From Octopus bimaculoides (Eukaryota), in assembly GCF_001194135.2 (NCBI RefSeq), contig NC_069008.1:5734268-5767715 (forward strand): a DNA stretch of 33,448 nucleotides, given 5' to 3'. The notes under the pieces are model-generated. The model was not told the origin of the DNA. It was given only the letters and a program-made list of their open reading frames with translations, and made no database searches. How positions within the stretch are numbered: the stretch's first letter is position 1; each line of letters opens with the position of its first letter. Positions 25,228 to 33,448 of this stretch are shown here, piece after piece. Position numbers and translations under genes: made by a program.

Positions 25228-25447
25228 CCCACTAGCATTTAAAGTGGCCATATCTGGTTCAAATTCTCCACCTATTTTATGATCAAACTAGCCAGACTCA
25301 GCCGCTTACACCTACCCTACAATGTCATTCCAAATATAAACAGTCATGTTATAAGAACTTGAAAGCTGTGAGATAATGCATGACAAATTGAAAATAATGT
25401 GAATAAATAAACATCACATTCAACAGAATAATCTGCATGGTAAAGGG
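25228..25447. mobile_element. piggyBac-like MITE in the ZNF-5 3' region
   Basis: TTAA at 25224-25227, CCCACTAGCATT ... CATGGTAAAGGG, then TTTA; paralog of 1812-2029. Confidence 0.65.
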
Positions 25448-25479
25448 TTTAGTCACCACTTACAGAGAAAAGGATTTTC

Positions 25480-27598
25480 TCATGTATGGAAACGTTTGTG
25501 AGTAGCTAAGTTGCCACTTTGAGAGAATGATTTACCACAGATATCACAGTGATATGGCTTCTCTCCTGTATGAATACGCTTGTGACTAGTTAATGCAGTA
25601 CTTCCAGAAAATGATCTGCCACAGATATCACAGTGATATGGCTTTTCTCCTGTATGAATACGCTTGTGACTACTTAAAGCACAACTCTGAGAAAATGATA
25701 TACCACAGATATCACAGTGATATGGTGTCTCTCCTGTATGAATACGTTTATGAGTAGTTAGGTTACTGCTGGCAGAGAAAGATTTCTTACAGATGTCGCA
25801 TTGATATGGCTTCTCTCCTGTATGAATCCGTTTATGTTCAGTCAAAGCAGAGTTGCGAGGGAATGATTTGCCACAGATATTACAGGAATATGGTTTCACT
25901 CCTGTATGTGTACGTTTGTGAGAAGTGAAAGCACTTCTACGAGAGAATGATTTACTACAGATGTTACACTGATATGGTCTTTCTCCTGTATGAACACGTT
26001 TGTGACGAATGAAATAACTTTTCTCAGAGAATGATTTACCACAGACATCACAGTGATATGGCGTCTCTCCAGTATGAATACGTTTGTGTTTAGTTAATCT
26101 ATCATTTGTAGACAATGATTTCCCACAAATGTCACAGCGAAATCGCTTTTTCCCGGTATGAACAAGTCTGTGTGTATTTAAAGCACTTTGGTTAGAGAAT
26201 GATGTACTGCAGACATCACAGTGATAGGGTTTCTCTCCGGTATGAATACGTTTGTGTATAGTCAGGTAACCATTTGAGGAGAACACTTTACCACAGATAT
26301 CACAGTGATATGGCTTCTCTCCTGTATGGATATATTTGTGTTTAGATAAGTTGAAACTCATGGAGAATGATTTACCACAGATATCACAGTGATATGGCTT
26401 CTCTCCTGTATGGAAACGTTTATGAGCAGCTAAGTTGCCACTTTGAGAAAATGATTTACCACAGATAACACAGTGATATGGCTTCTCTCCTGTATGGAAA
26501 CGTTTATGATTAATTAGGGTACTACTTAGAGAGAAAGATTTATTACAGATATCACAGTGATAGGGCTTCTCTCCTGTATGGATATATTTATGTTTCGCTA
26601 AGTAGTCATTTCGGGAGAATGATTTACCACAAATATCACAAGAATAAGGTGCCTCTCCTGTATGCGTACGTTTGTGAATAGTCAGGGTACTACTTACAGC
26701 GAAAGATTTGTTACAGATGTCACATTGATATGGCTTCTCTCCTGTATGAATACGTTTATGAGAAGTTAAACTTCTGTTGCTAGAGAGAGATTTACCACAG
26801 ATATTACAGGAATATGGTGTCTCACCTGAATGAATACGTTTGTGCATATTCAAGAGACCCTTATGAGAGAATGATTTAATACAGATGTTACACTGATATG
26901 GCTTCTCTCCTGTATGAACACGCTTGTGANNNNNNNNNNGGCTTCTCTCCTGTATGAACACGTTTATGAGTAGCTAAGGTGCCATTTCGGGAGAATGATT
27001 TGCCACAGATGTCACAGTGATATGGCTTCTCTCCTGTATGGATATATTTGTGTTTAGATAAGTTGAAACTCATGGAGAATGATGTACCACAGATGTCACA
27101 GTGAAATGGCTTCTGTCCAGTATGAATACGTTTATGCGTAATTAGGCTACTACACTGAGAGAAAGATTTGTTACAGATGTCACACTTATATGGCTTCTCT
27201 CCTGTATGAATACGTTTGTGAGAAGTCAAAGCACTGTTGCCAGAAAATGATTTACTGCAGATATTACAGGAATATGGTGTCTCTCCTGTGTGAATACGTT
27301 TATGATGAGTTAAAGCACTACTTTGAGAGAACGATTTACCACAGATGTCACAGTGATATGGCTTCTCCCCTGTATGAGTACGTTGGTGTGTGGTCAAGCT
27401 ACTACTTCCAGAAAATGATTTACCACAGATTTCACAATGAAATGGCTTCTCTACTGCATGAACACATTTGTCCTTATTCAAGCTGCCCTTTCGAGAGAAA
27501 GACCTTTTACAGACATCACAGTCATGTGACAATTTTCGTCTCCTCTTTGCTTTATCTTCTGGAAAAGTCAAATCCTTTGCTTTCTCACTCTTTTCCAT
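25480..27598 (-). CDS. Poly-C2H2 zinc-finger protein ZNF-5 (at least 24 fingers; one CDS split by the 10-N gap at 26930-26939)
   Basis: 7 fingers before the gap (the first has His replaced by Asp, NKDKCVH) and 17 complete fingers after it; same MEKSEK leader as the paralogs; TGA replaces the linker Gly codon. Confidence 0.88.
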
Positions 27599-29592
27599 TA
27601 TTCCTCTTTGAAAATTACAATATATATACTCTTTTTCCTTGTCTTTGGTTCTATAGTGTTTCGTTTACAAATATTTTGACTGCTGTATTTTTGTCCAGTG
27701 TTACTTTCGTCTGAATACTCTTTAGTAAATTCATCCAAGTTTAATTTGCAAACACACTCATCTTGTAGACACTCCAACCGGTGATGTCCAGAAAGTTTGC
27801 TAATAACATATTTCAGAGTAAATATATCAGAGGAATTCTACCATAGATTTCTAGAATCAATCTTATATATCTGTTCAGTACAATGTTTTCAATTTGGTCT
27901 TTAAAAGATGATAAATAATGAGAATGTATCTTCTGCTATTCCAATGTCATCTGATATTCTGAAATAATAAAGAAACAACAGTGTAAGATATAGAGGCTAC
28001 TTAGAAAATACAGATTCAACATTTCCATAGAGATAAACTCTAGAAATAAATTTTTACTTGAACAAAAGAACATTTTGATTTATTAAAATTTACATCAGAA
28101 AATCTTGTGTGANNNNNNNNNNNNNNNNNNNNNNNNNNNNNNNNNNNNNNNNNNNNNNNNNNNNNNNNNNNNNNNNNNNNNNNNNNNNNNNNNNNNNNNN
28201 NNNNNNNNNNNNNNNNNNNNNNNNNNNNNNNNNNNNNNNNNNNNNNNNNNNNNNNNNNNNNNNNNNNNNNNNNNNNNNNNNNNNNNNNNNNNNNNNNNNN
28301 NNNNNNNNNNNNNNNNNNNNNNNNNNNNNNNNNNNNNNNNNNNNNNNNNNNNNNNNNNNNNNNNNNNNNNNNNNNNNNNNNNNNNNNNNNNNNNNNNNNN
28401 NNNNNNNGTTAAACGACGATATATATATGTATATATACTAGCAAAAATACCTGGCATTGCCCAAACGAAATTTAAAGATGCCTTTTAGATCGTCAACCTA
28501 AACATAGATTACACAGGTCTTGCATACTCATAGCTGAGCTACCAACTTTATACATTAATAACCTAGGGTTTCCCAGGTTATTGAAAATAACGAAATTTAA
28601 GTATTCCTTTTAAATCTCTAAGTACAACGAAACATGAATTATGTAGCTCTCAACAATTAGCTGAGGTACAAACTATTAATGTCAATAACATGTTTTATCT
28701 GATGTTCTCACTGTTAAAAATTGTTAAAAAGACAGGTAGTTTTTTGTCTTTGCAACCGCCTTCAATTGTTAGTACTTATTTGAAACACGTTGAACCTGAA
28801 AATACATAGATTTGAGAAGAACAGGCCTGCAGGTGCTCCACTCCTGTTTCTAAGTACATTTAACAAAACTGCAATCAGATGACACGAGTATAAACAAATA
28901 TATTGGAACAAATCCCGAAATTAATCACAGTTTAATTATCTAGAGCTCCTAAATATACAATGTTTTGAATGTGTCCTTTAATTGGTGTATAGATGAAAAG
29001 ATTTACGGGACTTCCAACTCACAGACATCCTACATATAATTGGCCGTTATGTGGAGCTGAGATGTCTTGCTCACAGGGCCATTAACTATTGCTAAAGTTC
29101 TGTACAATGTTTGGGAGCACATGCATTATGCGATCAATGACAGATGGTACCATCTCACCACAGGCTTTCTGCCCCAGCCCCGAATTTGGATGATCATTAC
29201 TTTCGGAAAATTGGATATTTTTTTAATGAAATTTTCTGGAAATATGTTATATCATGTAGATTCTGAAGATATGCAAAATTTTGCGGGAAGATTGTGGGAC
29301 AATTCGTCGGAGTACACTTCAATTCGTCTCAACTTTCAGAAAAATGAATATTCTTTAATGAAATTATCTATAAATATACCTGAATATGTAGATTCCAAGC
29401 TTTTGGGGGTAAAAGACCTAGGAGTTATCTTTCCGAACAGTTCCCCACTGGGGTGGGGGTGGGGGGTTCGGAACAAGTTGTTCATATTTGATTCAGTTTC
29501 TTCGATGTGTGCGTTTGTGCATCCGTACATAACCCTTAAATCTGGTCGTAAAACTTCGGGGTGGGTGTATTACAATGTTGAAAAGATTTTTT

Positions 29593-29654
29593 GGCACTGT
29601 CATAGTATTAGCTGTCAGAAGTGAAAGTAGAAAAATCTGACAAGGAACGTTACT
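29593..29654. mobile_element. Left TIR of a GGCACT-type foldback element (runs into a gap)
   Basis: GGCACTGTCATAGTATTAGCTGTCAGAAGTGAAAGT matches the ends at 21235 and 31509. Confidence 0.65.
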
Positions 29655-29799
29655 NNNNNNNNNNNNNNNNNNNNNNNNNNNNNNNNNNNNNNNNNNNNNN
29701 NNNNNNNNNNNNNNNNNNNNNNNNNNNNNNNNNNNNNNNNNNNNNNNNNNNNNNATACGTAGTAGTAACAGAGGAAGAACAAGAGGGGTAAAGCGAGAT

Positions 29800-30075
29800 A
29801 CGTATATATATGTATGTATTTGTGTGTATCCCACCCCATCTGACACCAGATGTTTGTGTTTTTACATCCCTGTAACTAAGTAGTTCAGAAGAAAGGAAAT
29901 AATAGAATAAATACTAGGCTTACAAAAAAAAAAAAGTCATGCGGGCGATTTGTTTGACTAAATGGTCAAACTAAAGCGTTTCACCCGGTGGGAAAAGAAA
30001 AAAGAAAATATTCTAATAGGTGTAAAACAACTTGCTGGGAAACCAGCATGGCCACAATCAAATGACTGAAATAAG
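29800..30075 (+). mobile_element. SINE family B 3' half, degenerate
   Basis: ATCCCTGTAACTAAGTAGTTCAG..TAGAATAAATACTAGGCTTACAAA...CCAGCATGGCCACAATCAAATGACTGAAA. Confidence 0.7.
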
Positions 30076-30285
30076 ACGATATATAAATACATATATACAC
30101 ACAAACACACACATTCTCTCTGTTTTCAATGTGGCCATGCTGGAGTACTACTTTAAAATTTTTTAGTAGATTAAATCAACACTAGGACTTCTTCTATCGT
30201 TCCCTTTTGCTAAACCGTTACGTGCATATAAACAAATTGATACTGGTTGTCAATGGGAGAAAGACAGACAGACACACACACACTT

Positions 30286-30334
<49 letters not shown>

Positions 30335-31110
30335 GTATCCAAGGTTTCAAATTTGTATATTTAAAAGGATAGACATTTTCAACACAATCGATTTTTATTC
30401 CATTTATTTATGTCAAATGTTCACATCAAATGGTAAATAATTAAATAAATGGAATAAAAATCGATTGTGTTGAAAATCTCTATCCTTTTNNNNNNNNNNN
30501 NNNNNNNNNNNNNNNNNNNNNNNNNNNNNNNNNNNNNNNNNNNNNNNNNNNNNNNNNNNNNNNNNNNNNNNNNNNNNNNNNNNNNNNNNNNNNNNNNNNN
30601 NNNNNNNNNNNNNNNNNNNNNNNNNNNNNNNNNNNNNNNNNNNNNNNNNNNNNNNNNNNNNNNNNNNNNNNNNNNNNNNNNNNNNNNNNNNNNNNNNNNN
30701 NNNNNNNNNNNNNNNNNNNNNNNNNNNNNNNNNNNNNNNNNNNNNNNNNNNNNNNNNNNNNNNNNNNNNNNNNNNNNNNNNNNNNNNNNNNNNNNNNNNN
30801 NNNNNNNNNNNNNNNNNNNNNNNNNNNNNNNNNNNNNNNNNNNNNNNNNNNNNNNNNNNNNNNNNNNNNNNNNNNNNNNNNNNNNNNNNNNNNNNNNNNN
30901 NNNNNNNNNNNNNNNNNNNNNNNNNNNNNNNNNNNNNNNNNNNNNNNNNNNNNNNNNNNNNNNNNNNNNNNNNNNNNNNNNNNNNNNNNNNNNNNNNNNN
31001 NNNNNNNNNNNNNNNNNNNNNNNNNNNNNNNNNNNNNNNNNNNNNNNNNNNNNNNNNNNNNNNNNNNNNNNNNNNNNNNNNNNNNNNNNNNNNNNNNNNN
31101 NNNNNNATAT

Positions 31111-31271
31111 ATCATCATCATCGTTTAACGTCCGCTTTCCATGCTAGCATGGGTTGGACGATTTGACTGAGGACTGGTGAAACCGGATGGCAACACCAGG
31201 CTCCAGTCTAATTTGGCAGAGTTTCTACAGCTGGATGCCCTTCCTAACGCCAACCACTCAGAGAGTGTAGT
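31111..31271 (-). mobile_element. SINE family A 3' part
   Basis: Reverse complement of the family A tail and GGAAGGGCATCC motif. Confidence 0.8.
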
Positions 31272-31508
31272 ATATAAATATGTAAATATATATATATGTA
31301 TGTATCTATGTGTATATATATATATGTGTGTCTTAGTGGTCAGAGTATTCATCTCATGATAAGGTCATATAATGTTATTTCCCAGCAGCGTGTTGTGTCC
31401 TTCAGCAAGACATGTTGATCCAGTTCACTCAGCTGACAAAAGTAAATTCTACTTGCAATTTGAATGGCCAGCCTTATCACGTTGTGTTACACTGAATAAA
31501 TGAGTTAC

Positions 31509-31835
31509 GGCACTGCCAGAAGTGAAAGTAGAAAAATCTGACAAGGAACATTACTGCTGGTTTGAGTTGATTCTTTGGCTACTGACAGTTAATACCATGA
31601 CTGGCCGGAGCGAGCTATATGTCTGTCTGTCTATCTCTCTCTCTCTTTCTTTCTATCTATCACTCGAAAGTTAATGGAACAAATTCGACACCTATATCCA
31701 TGCGTTTGAAAACACACAGAGCATAAGGGTACTATTGAGTGGTCGATCCTACAAAAAGTGCGCGCGCGCGCGCAAATGAATACATGTGTTTAGGGTTAGG
31801 GTTAAGAATCAACTCAAACCAGCAGTAACGTCTTT
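31509..31835. mobile_element. Composite GGCACT-type foldback remnant containing the core of the TTAGGG MITE
   Basis: Left end GGCACTGCCAGAAGTGAAAGT; inverted pair TTACTGCTGGTTTGAGTTGATTCTT and AAGAATCAACTCAAACCAGCAGTAA; 31736-31805 matches the interior of 14965-15153. Confidence 0.65.
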
Positions 31836-31865
31836 GTTGGTGTATATAATCACCTCGGTCCAAAT

Positions 31866-32654
31866 GGACTATATGTAATCTGAATCTTCCCCCCCCNNNN
31901 NNNNNNNNNNNNNNNNNNNNNNNNNNNNNNNNNNNNNNNNNNNNNNNNNNNNNNNNNNNNNNNNNNNNNNNNNNNNNNNNNNNNNNNNNNNNNNNNNNNN
32001 NNNNNNNNNNNNNNNNNNNNNNNNNNNNNNNNNNNNNNNNNNNNNNNNNNNNNNNNNNNNNNNNNNNNNNNNNNNNNNNNNNNNNNNNNNNNNNNNNNNN
32101 NNNNNNNNNNNNNNNNNNNNNNNNNNNNNNNNNNNNNNNNNNNNNNNNNNNNNNNNNNNNNNNNNNNNNNNNNNNNNNNNNNNNNNNNNNNNNNNNNNNN
32201 NNNNNNNNNNNNNNNNNNNNNNNNNNNNNNNNNNNNNNNNNNNNNNNNNNNNNNNNNNNNNNNNNNNNNNNNNNNNNNNNNNNNNNNNNNNNNNNNNNNN
32301 NNNNNNNNNNNNNNNNNNNNNNNNNNNNNNGATTCCGATTCTGAAAAAAACGTTCAAAAGTCTCAATTTCAAAATTTCGATTCCCCCCCACCCCCGGTTT
32401 TTATATAAATCCACAGGGTAAACCTAACCCTAACATTGACCGTAACCCTGACCCTGACCCTAACCATAACACTAGTTTTTTTAGATTTGGCTGTTATTTC
32501 TAGCATGTAAATAGCCTGCTTGGTTGAGGGGGGGTGAAATTTTTCAAACAATTTTTTTTCCGAATCGGAATCTCCATAGCCTAAAACGTGGGATTCCGTA
32601 AAAAAAAAAATAATAAATAAGGGGGCGGCGAAAGGTTCAGATTACATATAGTCC
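31866..32654. mobile_element. Non-autonomous DNA element with 19-bp TIRs (interior partly gap)
   Basis: GGACTATATGTAATCTGAA at 31866-31884 and TTCAGATTACATATAGTCC at 32636-32654; internal CCCTAA/CCCTGA array at 32420-32470; no TSD seen. Confidence 0.7.
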
Positions 32655-32824
32655 GTCTCTGCCATCATTCAGAACATAGATGTTATTACACGTTCGCCAA
32701 CCATCACTGACTGACTATGTGCAGGGACCCACTCACCTTGATGATATTTACGATGAAAGAACATTCTTTCGTCAATTTCTACAACTAACCGTTGTCCATG
32801 AACATCCAAACAGCCGATTTCCAT
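32655..32824 (-). mobile_element. Merlin (IS1595/ISXO2-like DDE) transposase remnant
   Basis: Translation MEIGCLDVHGQRLVVEIDERMFFHRKYHQGEW, then after an internal deletion and a 4-nt duplication HIVSDGWRTCNNI. These correspond to the VEIDE..RKY.RG and SD.W motifs of Merlin transposases. Confidence 0.8.
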
Positions 32825-32837
32825 GGGAGTCTGGGGG

Positions 32838-33084
32838 GGATACTATTCAGGAAGGGTAGGCCCGGTGCGCGTACTCACGCAAGCTAGTCGTGACTAGTCG
32901 ATCCTACGAATGCGCAAAACATGTATAAGGGCTTTTTTAAAACAAATAAGGATCTTTATATAATAATACTTTGTGTAATAAAATCATTTACTGTGTTTAG
33001 AAAAAAAAAACCCTCATAGGATCGACTAGTCACGACTCGCTAGCGCGAGTGCGTGCGTAGGGACCACTCTTCTTGAATAGTACC
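32838..33084. mobile_element. MITE of the GGTACT family with a different AT-rich interior
   Basis: Right end reads GGTACTATTCAAGAAGAGTGGTCCC on the minus strand; imperfect left counterpart; inverted GCTAGTCGTGACTAGTCGATCCTA arms; no TSD seen. Confidence 0.75.
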
Positions 33085-33239
33085 GTTTTGATTTTAATGT
33101 TTTTCTTGTTCATTTTCATGTGTCATTCATAGCATCATATTTTATTTTAATTGTTATATGTCCCCACATGTGTTGTAGTGTACCCTATATATGTAATACA
33201 TTTATGGCCATTTAAAAGAAATAAAGAAGGTTATTATCA

Positions 33240-33448
33240 AAACCGGAGATAAGAGGAAGTGATATCACATAAAGAAGCCCGCCATTTCCTTTGTCGCACG
33301 GGTGGAAGGAATTTGGCGCGATCCGAGTTTTGAGTTGCGTAGACGTTTTGTTTTCGTGCTGAGTTCTTCTGATCTTGGTGGAGAAAAGCTTTCCTCTCTG
33401 TTTGAAGTTCGCCTCAAGGTAAAAGTATTTTCACTTTTGTGAACGGAA
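33240..33448 (+). promoter_or_regulatory. Candidate promoter and first exon of a further + strand gene running off the window
   Basis: GGAAGTG at 33255 (ETS-like), GCCATTT at 33281 (YY1-like), TTTGGCGCG at 33312 (E2F-like), and AAG|GTAAAA donor at 33419. Motif-level evidence only. Confidence 0.4.

Noticed and set aside
29067-29624. 185-aa plus-strand ORF
   Set aside because: No recognisable motif; it runs through an internally repeated TTTAATGAAATT..ATGTAGATTC segment and into a transposon TIR.
32730-32740. Strong minus-strand splice donor AAG|GTGAGT
   Set aside because: It falls within the Merlin coding remnant (HQGEW), so it is not evidence for a host exon.

Overview
AT-rich animal genomic DNA with ten N gaps, dominated by a cluster of five paralogous poly-C2H2 zinc-finger genes whose finger arrays each lie in one exon: ZNF-1 2068..3993 (-, 22 fingers), ZNF-2 7436..9190 (+, 20 fingers plus 2 cut off by a frameshift), ZNF-3 12413..13654 (-, 14), ZNF-4 18667..19824 (-, 13) and ZNF-5 25480..27598 (-, at least 24, split by a 10-N gap). 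None has a recognisable KRAB, SCAN, BTB or ZAD domain. The cluster style, SINE families and microsatellite load suggest a coleoid cephalopod such as Octopus; this is inference, not a database result. The duplicated unit also carries a promoter block (NRF1-like plus ETS motifs, a predicted 51-nt intron, a conserved 33-codon uORF), a roughly 360-nt leader and shared 3' flanks. Between the genes lie at least four SINE families, RTE LINE fragments, piggyBac-like MITEs, and a set of GG-terminated MITEs with 8-9 bp target duplications and TTAGGG-like repeats. A Merlin (IS1595-like) transposase remnant lies near the right end. The most notable observations are the reciprocal MITE insertions in paralogous ZNF promoters, the conserved uORF and micro-intron, a fossil N-terminal extension, a possible hidden exon pair downstream of three genes, and three independent G>T nonsense truncations in TGEKP linkers. 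Repeat boundaries without TSD or TIR support are approximate.
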